Positions 7,046 to 16,955 of a stretch of DNA of 46,390 nt are shown here, piece by piece. The DNA is from a virus (Duplodnaviria; Caudoviricetes). The position numbers were made by a program, and so were the translations under genes. How positions within the stretch are numbered: the stretch's first letter is position 1; every line of letters begins with the position of its first letter. Location of the stretch: positions 1 through 46,390 of IMG/VR virus record IMGVR_UViG_3300027798_000070; one strand, 5' to 3'. A model generated the notes under the pieces. It searched no databases. It saw nothing but the letters and a program-made list of their open reading frames with translations, and was not told where the DNA came from.

Positions 7046-9034
7046 ATGCCCTCTATTAGCCTTGCTGTGTCCCTTAGAGGGCAACTCCTTAGTGGTACTC
7101 GTTCTGCACCACCTACACCCTTCTCCCCTATTGACCTCTTCGCCCTCGCCGAACCCGGCGTCTGGTACGACCCCTCTGACATCTCGACCCTGTTCCAAGA
7201 CGCCGCTGGCACCACCCCCGTGACGACGCCCGGCCAGACCGTGGCGCTGATGCTGGATAAGTCGAAGGGGGGCGTGGGTACTAATGGCGCGGCGCGGCGG
7301 AATCAGTTTCTTTGGACACAGGACTTCCGAGATACCGCAGCGGCTGGTGAGACTAGGCCGTGGACGTACACTAACGCAACGGTTGCGGCTACCTCAACAC
7401 TCGCCCCTGACGGAACGTCAACGGCTCAAAAAATATCTGAAACTTCTGGAAGCGGGAAGCACAGGTCCTATCAAGTTTTTGGCTTGAATAGCACGACCTA
7501 TACATTCACTTGCTACATGAAGGCGGCAGAAAGAAGCTGGGCGTATCTGAACTTTGGCGATATTATTGACCGCCAGACTTGGTTCAACCTAGCAACGGGC
7601 GCCGTGGGGACGGTCGGCGCTGGAATTACTGCTTCCATAGCGGAAACACCAGCGGGTTCAGGATGGTATCGCTGTTCCGTATCTAAAACTACTGTATCCG
7701 CAAACCCAAATTTTGATGTTGGAATTGCTACCGCAGACGGAACTTTTTCTTACACCGGTGTAACTGGCTCCGGCATCCTCATCTGGGGCGCTCAACTCGA
7801 ACTCGGCTCCACCGCTTCTGCATACCAGCGCATCACCTCTGACTGGCCATCCACTATGACCGGCAACCACGCCACCCAAGCCACAGCCGCATCCCGACCG
7901 ACGTTCGGTGTGGTGCCACTGGGTGGGCGGCGGAATTTGCTGACGTGGAGTGAAGATTTCCGCAACACGGCAACGGCTGGTTCAACGAGGCCGTGGGCTA
8001 ATACAGCCGTGACGATAACTGCAAACGCGGCAGTAGCCCCAACCGGAGCCACTACTGCCCAAAGGGCTGTGGAAAATACCGCCAACGCTTGGCACAGGGT
8101 CGATAGCGCGACTTTTAGTTTCACCGGTGATTACACCCTTTCGGTGTATGCCAAGGCTGATACTAGGGGCTGGCTGGCTTTTGCGTTCTACGCTGACGCG
8201 GTAACTCAGCTCACCTATTTTGACCTCGTGAATGGGTCCGTTGGCACAAATGCCGCAGGCAGCACAGCAGTTATAACTTCAGTCGGTGATGGCTGGTATC
8301 GTTGTTCCGTGAAGCGCACGCTGGCTGGCGGTATATCGCAACTGATTATCTCACCATCCACTGGAAACGGGGTGTCGTCATACCTTGGCGACGGCACATC
8401 CGGCATCCTCATCTGGGGCGCTCAACTCGAACTCGGATCCACCGCCACCGCCTACCAGAAAGTTACCACGCAATTCGACGTGACCGAAGCCGGGGTGCAG
8501 TCGCTGTCGTATCTCAGCTTCGACGGGGTTGACGACTTCATGCTCACCGGCACGATCACGCCGGGGATTGACCGCGCGCAGGTGTTTACGGGGGTGCGGA
8601 AGTTGTCGGATGCAGCTCTAGGGGCCTTGGTTGAGCTTGGCATTCTTGGGGCCTCTGGGACTATCGGAATGGGCGCACCTGCCGGGGCTTCGGCGACTTA
8701 CCGTTTTGCTTCGACGGGAACCATTTTTGCCGCCGCTACCAGCGGTGCGAGTTTTGCGGCCCCCAATACGGCGGTATTGAGCGGGGCCTCCGAAGTCTCT
8801 GCAGACAGTGTGTCAATTCGGCGCAACGGCACTTTGATTTCCACAGACGCCTCCGACCAAGGCACTGGTAATTATCTTGCATATCCACTGTATATTGGAC
8901 GCCGTGGCGGCACGACGGCACCCTTCAACGGCCAAATCTACAGCCTTATCACCCGCTTCGGGGCCAACCTAGACACCACCGCAATCACGAACACCGAGAC
9001 TTGGGTCGCGGGAAAGACAGGGGTTACGCTATGA
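7046..9034 (+). CDS. head spike/fibre-like protein with two tandem carbohydrate-binding-like repeats
   Basis: Two RRN..W..DF...GWYRCSV...GILIWGAQLELGSTA.AYQ repeats; LamG-like C-terminus; GC-rich from ~7140. Confidence 0.75.
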   Translation: MPSISLAVSLRGQLLSGTRSAPPTPFSPIDLFALAEPGVWYDPSDISTLFQDAAGTTPVTTPGQTVALMLDKSKGGVGTNGAARRNQFLWTQDFRDTAAAGETRPWTYTNATVAATSTLAPDGTSTAQKISETSGSGKHRSYQVFGLNSTTYTFTCYMKAAERSWAYLNFGDIIDRQTWFNLATGAVGTVGAGITASIAETPAGSGWYRCSVSKTTVSANPNFDVGIATADGTFSYTGVTGSGILIWGAQLELGSTASAYQRITSDWPSTMTGNHATQATAASRPTFGVVPLGGRRNLLTWSEDFRNTATAGSTRPWANTAVTITANAAVAPTGATTAQRAVENTANAWHRVDSATFSFTGDYTLSVYAKADTRGWLAFAFYADAVTQLTYFDLVNGSVGTNAAGSTAVITSVGDGWYRCSVKRTLAGGISQLIISPSTGNGVSSYLGDGTSGILIWGAQLELGSTATAYQKVTTQFDVTEAGVQSLSYLSFDGVDDFMLTGTITPGIDRAQVFTGVRKLSDAALGALVELGILGASGTIGMGAPAGASATYRFASTGTIFAAATSGASFAAPNTAVLSGASEVSADSVSIRRNGTLISTDASDQGTGNYLAYPLYIGRRGGTTAPFNGQIYSLITRFGANLDTTAITNTETWVAGKTGVTL

Positions 9035-9414
9035 GAATAACAGCCGCAGCCCCCGAAGCACTTGTCGCGGACAGCAACCAGCTTGCCATGTGCCTCGCCT
9101 TCTCCCCCGCAGACGGCGAAACCTACACCGGCCTCAACTGGCAGGACGCTGACGGCAACCTCTACGCAGCCGCAAGCTGGGAAGCCCGCGACGAATGGGT
9201 GCAGGGCGCGTCACAGCCCCTCGTCAGGCCCGCATGGGACGTTGACGAGATAATCGACATGGTGGCTGCTGAACGCGCTCAGGCGGCGCTAGTGTTCTCG
9301 CTGGAGCCGGTGGCGGCGGTGCCGGGGGCGTTGACGGCTATCGGCGGGATGGATGGGGTGGCGGCGTTGGCGGCGATGGGTTTAACAGCCGTCACAGAAA
9401 CTACAGAAGAGTAA
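9031..9414 (+). CDS. fibre-associated hypothetical protein
   Basis: ATGA overlap with fibre gene; same GC-rich codon style. Confidence 0.75.
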   Translation: MRITAAAPEALVADSNQLAMCLAFSPADGETYTGLNWQDADGNLYAAASWEARDEWVQGASQPLVRPAWDVDEIIDMVAAERAQAALVFSLEPVAAVPGALTAIGGMDGVAALAAMGLTAVTETTEE

Positions 9415-9419
9415 ACCTG

Positions 9420-10001
9420 ATGGAACTTAATCAAGAGATTACCACAAAGACTTGTAAGATTTGTCTTAAAGAGTTTTCTCTTGATCAGTTTCATAAAAAC
9501 ACTTCAGCTAAAGACGGTCATTGCTCAAGTTGTAAAGAATGTGCTTGCCACAAGAAGAGGCAAGACTATCAGCAAAACCCTGACAAGTTTATTGATAGAA
9601 ACAAAATCTGGAAAAGTGATAACCAAGATTGGGTTAAAGCTTACGAGCAAAGTAGAGGGCAGGCTTACTACTCTGCAAACAGAGAAAAGATTCTAGATAA
9701 GAATAAAGCTTATGCTAAAAACAACCCAGATAAGCATAGAAAATCTATGAGGGTTGCTGCTTCTAAGCGTCGTGGTGTTATTGGTAAATCTTGCCCAAAC
9801 TGGCTTACAGATGACCAACACGCGCAGATCAAATTTTTATACGATCTTGCACGAGACTGTGAGATTACTGCTGGTCAAAAATATCATGTAGATCACATTG
9901 TGCCATTGCAGGGTAAAAATGTTTGTGGTTTGCATGTTCCTTGGAATTTGCAGGTATTGCCTGCTGATATAAATATGTCAAAAGGCAATCGTTATGAATA
10001 A
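9420..10001 (+). CDS. HNH homing endonuclease (paralogue 2)
   Basis: CKIC/CKEC zinc finger; YHVDHIVPLQGKNVCGLHVPWNL. Confidence 0.9.
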   Translation: MELNQEITTKTCKICLKEFSLDQFHKNTSAKDGHCSSCKECACHKKRQDYQQNPDKFIDRNKIWKSDNQDWVKAYEQSRGQAYYSANREKILDKNKAYAKNNPDKHRKSMRVAASKRRGVIGKSCPNWLTDDQHAQIKFLYDLARDCEITAGQKYHVDHIVPLQGKNVCGLHVPWNLQVLPADINMSKGNRYE

Positions 10002-11355
10002 ACTTAGCGAAACATCTGCTAAAATGACGCTTGGGGTCTCCGGTCGTAACACTTATACTGGCGATATTCGCGCAGATGAGTTTCAACAAGACCTCAAGGG
10101 TAAACGTGGTATCCAAAAGTACAAAGAGATGCGTGACGGGAATGCCATCATTGGTTCCATCATGTATGCAGTTGAACAAACCCTTCGTGATGTTGAAATC
10201 AAGATTAAACCAGCTAACGACAGCGAAGAAGCTAAGCGTGAAGTTGAGTTCCTTAAGTCTGTCCTTGATGACATGGATGAAAGTCTTGATGACCACATCT
10301 CAGAAGCTTTGTCGTACCTGACTTATGGCTTTGGGTGGTTCGAAGTTATCTATAAGCGTCGTGAAGGTGACTTCCGTAGCCCTAAGAAGAACTCCAAGTT
10401 CAATGATGGTCGTATCGGTATCAAGAAGATTGCTATCCGAGCACCTTGGACTGTTGAGAGCTTTCAGGTTGACCAAGATACAGGGGAAGTTCTTGGTATG
10501 TGGCAAGAGGCCACTTGGGGCAAACGCTCCGTAATGATCCCCGTTGAGAAATCTGTTTACTACAGAACTACAAGCTTGAACAATGACCCCTCTGGTCGCT
10601 CAGTTCTTAGGAACGCCTATGTCAGCTATACTTATCTCAACAAGATTCAGAATTATGAAGCCGTGGCTATTGAGCGAGAGCTACATGGAGTGCCTATTGG
10701 CCGTATGCCTGCGGAGTATCTGAGTTCAGATGCCACAAGTGATCAGATGGCTCTTCGTGGTCAGTTTGAGCGTATCCTTCGTGATCTGAAGAACAATGAT
10801 CAAGGTTATGCACTTCTTCCCTCTGACCTTTATGTGGATGCAGATGGTAAACCTACTAACCAGCGTCTTATGGACATTGAACTCATTACCGCTAACGGCT
10901 CTAGGTCGATTGATATTGATCCAGTAGTCAAGCGTTACCAACACGATATTGCTCGTAGCCTTATGGCTGAGTTCCTGATGCTAGGGTCTAGTGGTGGTTC
11001 CTATGCACTCTCCAAGACCAAGACTGACCTGTTCCTTCGTAGCCTAGAGAGTTACATCAACAATATCGTGGATGTTCTCAATAAGCAACTAGTAGAGCGT
11101 TTGTGGCAACTCAATGGACTTCCTTGGGAGACTATGCCTAAGCTTGTGGCTGGTGATGTTGCACCTCACGACCTTCGTGAAATCGCTTCCTTCCTGCGTA
11201 ACCTTAATGGTGCTGGCATCGAAGTCAAAGACCACCCTGAACTTGTTGATAACCTGATGAACATCGCAGAGCTTGATTTTGACAAAGATGCTTATGAGCA
11301 AAGATTGCAACAAGCAAGTGAAGAAGTAAACCCGGAGGTTGTACCTAATGGCTGA
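9994..11355 (+). CDS. portal protein
   Basis: 453 aa after terL; NDPSGRSVLR, GSYALS, LNKQLV motifs of DUF935-like portals. Confidence 0.85.
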   Translation: MNKLSETSAKMTLGVSGRNTYTGDIRADEFQQDLKGKRGIQKYKEMRDGNAIIGSIMYAVEQTLRDVEIKIKPANDSEEAKREVEFLKSVLDDMDESLDDHISEALSYLTYGFGWFEVIYKRREGDFRSPKKNSKFNDGRIGIKKIAIRAPWTVESFQVDQDTGEVLGMWQEATWGKRSVMIPVEKSVYYRTTSLNNDPSGRSVLRNAYVSYTYLNKIQNYEAVAIERELHGVPIGRMPAEYLSSDATSDQMALRGQFERILRDLKNNDQGYALLPSDLYVDADGKPTNQRLMDIELITANGSRSIDIDPVVKRYQHDIARSLMAEFLMLGSSGGSYALSKTKTDLFLRSLESYINNIVDVLNKQLVERLWQLNGLPWETMPKLVAGDVAPHDLREIASFLRNLNGAGIEVKDHPELVDNLMNIAELDFDKDAYEQRLQQASEEVNPEVVPNG

Positions 11356-12124
11356 TACAAAGATTAGCGCACTGACTTCACTCACCGGGGCTGATGCTGC
11401 ACAGAATGATGTAATCCCTATCGTAGATACCTCTACAGCTACCACAAAGAAGATTACTCGTGAAGAGTTCTTTAAGTCTGTTGACTACATCTCCTTTGAC
11501 ACTACCAATGTGGTTGCAGCCCCTACTGAGGGCCAACTCACTTGGGATACCACAGACAAGACCCTGAGCCTTGGGCTTAATGGTGGTGATGTGGTTATGC
11601 AGATTGGTCAAGAAATCCACTACCGTATCCGTAATAGTACAGGGTCCACTATTCCTAACGGTACTGTGTGTCGCTTTGCTGGTTCTGTTGGTAATAGTGG
11701 TATCCTGCTGGCTGCTCCCTTCTTGGCTAATGGCACCTACGATAGCCACACAATTATGGGTGTTGCAACAGAGAGCATTGCGAATGGCGAAGATGGTCTT
11801 GTAGCTTACTTCGGTAAAATTCGTGGGGTTGATACTCGTGCTTTCTCTGATGGTCAAATCCTTTATGCAAGCTCTACAGTAGCTGGCGGACTGACTGCAA
11901 CAAAACCAGACTCCCCTAACAATGTTATCTCTGTCTGTGCTGTAGTTTCTTCTTCCAACAACGGCATCCTGATGGTAAGACCCACTATCGAAGACCATTG
12001 GGCTGCTGTACCAGCTACTGCCACCTCTGTTGGTCGTAAAGGTTCTGTGGCATTTGATACCAGCTACTTCTACGTTTGTGTTGCAACAAACACTTGGAAG
12101 CGCACACCCCTAACGACTTGGTGA
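11348..12124 (+). CDS. fibre/decoration protein with KIS.L N-terminal adaptor
   Basis: MADTKISALT N-terminus; C-terminal FYVCVATNTWKR module seen in phage fibres. Confidence 0.7.
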   Translation: MADTKISALTSLTGADAAQNDVIPIVDTSTATTKKITREEFFKSVDYISFDTTNVVAAPTEGQLTWDTTDKTLSLGLNGGDVVMQIGQEIHYRIRNSTGSTIPNGTVCRFAGSVGNSGILLAAPFLANGTYDSHTIMGVATESIANGEDGLVAYFGKIRGVDTRAFSDGQILYASSTVAGGLTATKPDSPNNVISVCAVVSSSNNGILMVRPTIEDHWAAVPATATSVGRKGSVAFDTSYFYVCVATNTWKRTPLTTW

Positions 12125-12128
12125 TAAA

Positions 12129-12968
12129 ATGCCTTATGCTTCAGTTGATGAACTACCCAAGGCTGTTCGTAGTAAACTCTCTGCTCACCAACAATCTGTG
12201 TTCCGTAATGTCTTTAACTCCATGATGGAACAAGAGGGCATGTCTGAGAGTAGAGCCTTTGCAGGTGCCTATTCCCAAGCTAAACAAGCTGTACAGAAGG
12301 CTATGCACCAAGGCAAAGAAGTCACTCTGGACAAGCCATTCCGTCTCCCTGAAGGTTCAGGTAAGAAGTTCGGAGTATACGTCAAGAGCGGTGATGGTGT
12401 CAAGAAAGTCACCTTCGGTGATCCTAACATGGAGATTCGCCGTGATGACCCTGATGCTCGTGCTAACTTCCGCTCTCGTCATTCTTGCGACACAGCCTCA
12501 GATAAGACCTCTGCTCGTTACTGGTCTTGTCGTATGTGGGAAAGTGGTACATCCGTCTCTGAGATGACTAAAGAGGTCCAGATTGAAGGTCAAATCGTTA
12601 AGCAGCTTGATGAAGAGCGTCTCGCATTTGGTTGGGCTTACGTTTCCACAGTGAAAGGTGAGGTTAGCCTTGACCACAGTGGAGAGTTTATTCGACCTGA
12701 ACTACTGGCTAAAGCAGCCACCAATTTTATGCTCTCCATGCGTACAGCCAAGAGGATGCACTCTGGCGAAAGCATTGGTGAAGTTATCCACTCCATGCCT
12801 CTGACAAATGATGTTGCAAAGGCTCTGGGTATTCAGTCGGACCGCGAAGGCTGGATCATTGCTATCAAAGTTCACGATGAACAGGTGTGGCAAGATGTTA
12901 AAAGCGGTAAACTAGCAGCTTTTAGTATAGGTGGTCGTGCTTTAAAAGAGTTTTCAAATGAAGTCTAA
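12129..12968 (+). CDS. ChaB-like + DUF6321-like + XkdF-like putative prohead protease
   Basis: MPYASVDELP..FRNVFNS; FGDPNM..NFRSRHSC..ARYWSC; RLAFGWA..DHSGE..GW..FSIGG. Confidence 0.75.
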   Translation: MPYASVDELPKAVRSKLSAHQQSVFRNVFNSMMEQEGMSESRAFAGAYSQAKQAVQKAMHQGKEVTLDKPFRLPEGSGKKFGVYVKSGDGVKKVTFGDPNMEIRRDDPDARANFRSRHSCDTASDKTSARYWSCRMWESGTSVSEMTKEVQIEGQIVKQLDEERLAFGWAYVSTVKGEVSLDHSGEFIRPELLAKAATNFMLSMRTAKRMHSGESIGEVIHSMPLTNDVAKALGIQSDREGWIIAIKVHDEQVWQDVKSGKLAAFSIGGRALKEFSNEV

Positions 12969-13443
12969 AGTTTGTAAAAAATGCTCTGTGGAAAAACTTT
13001 TAAGTGAGTTTTATACCAGTAAAGCAGGTAAACTGGGCGTCAGATCAAGTTGTAAACTTTGCGACTCACATTACTATAAACTGTACAAATCGACCAGAAA
13101 AGACCAAACGAGACTATATAATGAGGCTTGGTCTAAGGATAATTCAGATAAAAAGAAGTTGGCTACAAAGTCTTGGACTAAAGCTAATTATGATAAAGTT
13201 TTATCGTATAATGCCTCAAGAAGGTCGGAAAGAAAACTTGCAACCCTGTCAGGTTACTGCAAAGAGATAGAAGAAATCTATTGGTTAGCTCGGGATTTAA
13301 GAACAATTACGGGTGAGAGTTATCAAGTAGATCACATTGTTCCGCTTAAAGGCAAGAATGTTTGTGGTTTGCACGTACCTTGGAACCTTCAAATCCTACC
13401 TGCGGACTTAAATATGTCCAAAGGCAATAGATATGAGCATTGA
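12958..13443 (+). CDS. HNH homing endonuclease (paralogue 3)
   Basis: CKKC/CKLC; YQVDHIVPLKGKNVCGLHVPWNL. Confidence 0.9.
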   Translation: MKSKVCKKCSVEKLLSEFYTSKAGKLGVRSSCKLCDSHYYKLYKSTRKDQTRLYNEAWSKDNSDKKKLATKSWTKANYDKVLSYNASRRSERKLATLSGYCKEIEEIYWLARDLRTITGESYQVDHIVPLKGKNVCGLHVPWNLQILPADLNMSKGNRYEH

Positions 13444-13456
13444 AGGAGATGGTGTA

Positions 13457-14260
13457 ATGCCCACCGAACTCGTAAACTTGGAACTTGAAGAAGTTTCCTT
13501 GGTCGATCTGGGTGATGACCCACTCGCTAAGGTCGCCATTTTCAAGCGTAACCCTGAAGGGGAGCAAATGGATAACGAAGATATTAAACTTGAAACAGTA
13601 GCTGATGCAACTGAAAAGGGTTACAAAGAAGAGATGAAGTCGGACGATATGGATGCCGACGAGATGGAAGATGAAATGGTAGACGAAGAGGGCAACAAGA
13701 AGCCTGTTACTCGTAAATCGTGGAAAGCAGAAGCTCAGTCATTTGAAGAAGTGAACAAGATGCTTCTGGAAGAAATCGAAACCCTCAAGGGCAAGGTTGA
13801 AGAGCTTGAAGCTGTTGCTGTAGAGAAGGCCAAACCTGCTGAGGAGACGATTGAGGTTGGTGGTGAGATGGTGGCTAAGTCCGCTATTCCTGCTCCTGTC
13901 CTTAAACAACTAGAAGAGTTGCAAAAAGCCCGTGAGGGTGAAGAACTCCGTAAACGCGCCGAAAAGGTTCTCCCGAATTTCAAAGGGACTGCTGATGAGC
14001 GCGGTAAACTGCTGAAGTCGGTTGGAGAAGATGAACAACTTCTCGCAATCCTTCGTGCCGCTGATGCTGCTTTTGCTGGCATCTTCCAAGAAGTTGGCAA
14101 AACGGACGCAGAGAACGACCTCAAGACCCCTGCTGATAAACTTAACGACATGGTTAAGATGCGTCAAGAGGACAAGAAGGAAGACTTCTATAAAGCGTAT
14201 GCTGCCGTCATCAAAACTGCTGAAGGAAAATCCCTTCTGCTTGAAACCTACAAGAAGTAA
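13457..14260 (+). CDS. capsid scaffolding protein
   Basis: EEVSLVD start, acidic coiled-coil, between protease and capsid genes; GGAG RBS before ATG 13457. Confidence 0.7.
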   Translation: MPTELVNLELEEVSLVDLGDDPLAKVAIFKRNPEGEQMDNEDIKLETVADATEKGYKEEMKSDDMDADEMEDEMVDEEGNKKPVTRKSWKAEAQSFEEVNKMLLEEIETLKGKVEELEAVAVEKAKPAEETIEVGGEMVAKSAIPAPVLKQLEELQKAREGEELRKRAEKVLPNFKGTADERGKLLKSVGEDEQLLAILRAADAAFAGIFQEVGKTDAENDLKTPADKLNDMVKMRQEDKKEDFYKAYAAVIKTAEGKSLLLETYKK

Positions 14261-14276
14261 TTAAGGAGCCTTTATT

Positions 14277-14642
14277 ATGGCATTTACGGAAAATATGAGC
14301 ACTCGTACCTACGTTTCGGGTTCGGCTGTTGCCCAGTTCACCTTTGTCTCGCTTGCCGCTGACGGTCAGGTTGACAACACCTCTGCTAACGCCCGTACTG
14401 ATGGCGTGGTTCTGCAAGCTGCTGGCGCTGCTGGTCAAGCTGTCACGGTTGCTTATGATGGTCGTGTGACTGTCCAAGCTGGTGGCACCATCTCTCGTGG
14501 CGCTGCTGTTGCAGTTGGCACTTCGGGCAAAGCTAAGGCCGCTGCTTCGACCAACGTGATCGTGGGTTATGCTCTGGAAGCCGCTGTTGATGGTCAAATC
14601 ATCACCATCGAACTGTCCCGCGCTGATAACGCCGCAGCCTAA
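14277..14642 (+). CDS. capsid cement/decoration protein (DUF2190-like)
   Basis: Ala/Gly-rich 121 aa just before MCP; TAAGGAG RBS. Confidence 0.75.
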   Translation: MAFTENMSTRTYVSGSAVAQFTFVSLAADGQVDNTSANARTDGVVLQAAGAAGQAVTVAYDGRVTVQAGGTISRGAAVAVGTSGKAKAAASTNVIVGYALEAAVDGQIITIELSRADNAAA

Positions 14643-14679
14643 TCCGCAGCTAATCTAGTTTAATAAAGGAATACCACAA

Positions 14680-15687
14680 ATGGCTATGCTGACTCCTAGT
14701 GCCGTCCATATCGACGCACCGCTTACCAACCTGACGATTGCTTTCCTGCAAGATGCTAACGGCTTTATTGCTGACCGCGTGTTCCCGAAAGTCTCGGTTG
14801 CTAAGAAAACCGACAAGTACTACATCTACAACCGTGCTGACTTCAACCGCGTTGGTCAGGTCCAGCCTCGTGCTCCCCGTACCCAAGCTCCTCGCGTTGG
14901 TATGACCCTCTCGCAGGACACCTACTCGGCTGACGTGTTCTCGCTGGCTACCGACTTCGACTTCGATACGCTTGCCAACGAGGATGCTGCACTGGACATC
15001 CGCTCGGCTGGTGCTCAGATGCTGACCCACCAACTGCTGATCGACCGTGAAATCAAGTGGGCCACGTCCTACTTTGGTGCTTCGATCTGGGGTACTGACT
15101 GGGCTGGTGTTGCAGGTTCGCCCTCGACCAACCAAGTTCGTCAATGGTCTGACTACACGAACTCGACCCCGATCCAAGACGTTACGAACATCATGCGTAC
15201 CATGCAGCTTAAGTCGGGTGGCTTCAAGCCCAACGTCATGGTTGTTGGTAAAGAAGTCCGTGACGCTCTGGTTAACAACCCGTCGATCCTTGCCCGTCTG
15301 AATGGCGGCGCTACCGTGACGAATACCGCTCTGGTGACGGATGCCAAACTGGCTGAAATCTTCGGTGTGGAAGAGTTCCTCGTCATGGAGACCGTGAAGA
15401 ACACGGCTGCTGAAGGTCTGACCGAAGCTAACGCCTTCATCGGTGGCAAGTCGGCAGCGTTCTACTACCGTCCTCGCTCGGCTGGTCTGATGGTTCCCTC
15501 GGCTGGTTACACCTTCACTTGGGATGACCTTGAGAACGCTTCGGGTCACGGTATCACGATCAAGTCGTATCGTGGTGACTACCTCGCCATTGATGGTGTG
15601 GCAGAAGTTCTGGAAGCCAATCTGGCCTATGACCACAAAGTTGTGTCGTCGGACATGGGTGCTTTCATCGCTACTGTTGTAGCCTAA
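14680..15687 (+). CDS. major capsid protein
   Basis: 335 aa, HIDAPLTNL..FIADRVFP motif of capsid-E-like MCPs; strongly biased codons. Confidence 0.9.
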   Translation: MAMLTPSAVHIDAPLTNLTIAFLQDANGFIADRVFPKVSVAKKTDKYYIYNRADFNRVGQVQPRAPRTQAPRVGMTLSQDTYSADVFSLATDFDFDTLANEDAALDIRSAGAQMLTHQLLIDREIKWATSYFGASIWGTDWAGVAGSPSTNQVRQWSDYTNSTPIQDVTNIMRTMQLKSGGFKPNVMVVGKEVRDALVNNPSILARLNGGATVTNTALVTDAKLAEIFGVEEFLVMETVKNTAAEGLTEANAFIGGKSAAFYYRPRSAGLMVPSAGYTFTWDDLENASGHGITIKSYRGDYLAIDGVAEVLEANLAYDHKVVSSDMGAFIATVVA

Positions 15688-15704
15688 TAGAAGGATAGGG
15701 AAGA

Positions 15705-16112
15705 ATGACCCGACACATTCTCCCCTACTTCAACCCCTCCCGCCCTGTATTTGTCAAACGTGATGGACTACAGTCGGCGGGGGCGGTCTGGAAGCAGGGT
15801 GATCGCTTCAACTGGGAGTTCTATGGAACCCCACATGACGTAATCCAACAGATGTTCTTTAATGATCAGCTATACCACAACGAAGAGTTTGAGGAGGCTG
15901 TAGTTAAACGAATTTCTATTGGTGATGGTCTAGAAGAGTATGGTCTAGATCAACTACACATTATTGTTGAGAACATCAACGGTAAAGTGAAGAACAAGAC
16001 TACTACGAACAAAGAGTTCCTCCAAAAGAAGTGTGCTACAAGTCGAGTTAAGGATAAGCAGATTGGTCTTATCCGTCGCTGGCGTAGTGCATACGGGGAA
16101 ATGGAAAACTAA
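15705..16112 (+). CDS. hypothetical protein (head region)
   Basis: 135-aa ORF with RBS in structural operon. Confidence 0.75.
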   Translation: MTRHILPYFNPSRPVFVKRDGLQSAGAVWKQGDRFNWEFYGTPHDVIQQMFFNDQLYHNEEFEEAVVKRISIGDGLEEYGLDQLHIIVENINGKVKNKTTTNKEFLQKKCATSRVKDKQIGLIRRWRSAYGEMEN

Positions 16113-16128
16113 TTGAGAGGGCGACCAG

Positions 16129-16602
16129 ATGTCTTGGAGCTATGATGTCTCTGATCTGAATACTACAACCTCATCGGGACGCCTAAACTCAGTTCGTCTG
16201 CTTGTTGGTGACACCGATACGTCAGATCAACTTGTACAGAACGAAGAGATTACTTTTGCATTGGCTCAGGCTAATAATAATGTGTACTACGCTGCAAGCT
16301 GGACCTGTAGGGCTATCGCAGCTAAGTTTAGCCGCATGGTTGATACCCAACTAGATGGTGCTCTTAGTGCCAGCTACAGTGACCGTGCGAAGCAATACCA
16401 ACAACTAGCCTCTCAGGTAGAGGCACAAGGTAAAAAGACCTCCGGTAAATCCCTTGGTGCTTTTGGTGGTGGTATCTCTACATCTGATATGTCTGTTGTA
16501 AACAGTGATACAGATCGCGTTAAGCCAGCTTTCAGCATTGGGCAGTTTGATAACGTAGAGGCAGGGGAACAATATATCCCTGATGAACCTAATGGCGTTT
16601 GA
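16129..16602 (+). CDS. head-tail adaptor
   Basis: VRLLVGDTD...EEI motif; synteny. Confidence 0.7.
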   Translation: MSWSYDVSDLNTTTSSGRLNSVRLLVGDTDTSDQLVQNEEITFALAQANNNVYYAASWTCRAIAAKFSRMVDTQLDGALSASYSDRAKQYQQLASQVEAQGKKTSGKSLGAFGGGISTSDMSVVNSDTDRVKPAFSIGQFDNVEAGEQYIPDEPNGV

Positions 16603-16954
16603 TACTCACACACTACGCCAACTGATTAAAGAGCACGGTATTAGCCTTACACTACGTAAGAGGGCAGCTAGTGCTTATGATGATGAAACTGGAACAGTCA
16701 CTCAGACAAACACTGACTATACTGTTCGTGGTTATTTCTATGACTATACTTCAGACATGATTGACGGAGAGTCTATTCTTCGTGGTGATAGACGAGTAGT
16801 CCTAGATTGCGTCCTAGCTAATGAGTCAGCCACTCCTGAGCCTGATGCTACAGACCAGATTATTGGCTTGGGTGATACAGTAAACATTGTAAAGGTTATG
16901 GAGATTAAGTCCTCTACTAATACTATGTGCTATTTGTTGCAAGTGAGGGAGTAA
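16592..16954 (+). CDS. head closure protein
   Basis: Synteny; YDDETG...ILRGDRRV. Confidence 0.65.
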   Translation: MAFDTHTLRQLIKEHGISLTLRKRAASAYDDETGTVTQTNTDYTVRGYFYDYTSDMIDGESILRGDRRVVLDCVLANESATPEPDATDQIIGLGDTVNIVKVMEIKSSTNTMCYLLQVRE

Positions 16955-16955
16955 C

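Noticed and set aside
7769-8436. Diversity-generating retroelement TR/VR pair
   Set aside because: No reverse transcriptase; both copies are coding and differences are not adenine-specific
14650-15636. Long antisense ORFs (also 11378..11998, 17804..18553, 23070..23639, 38926..39699)
   Set aside because: Shadows of codon-biased real genes on the opposite strand; no motifs or RBS
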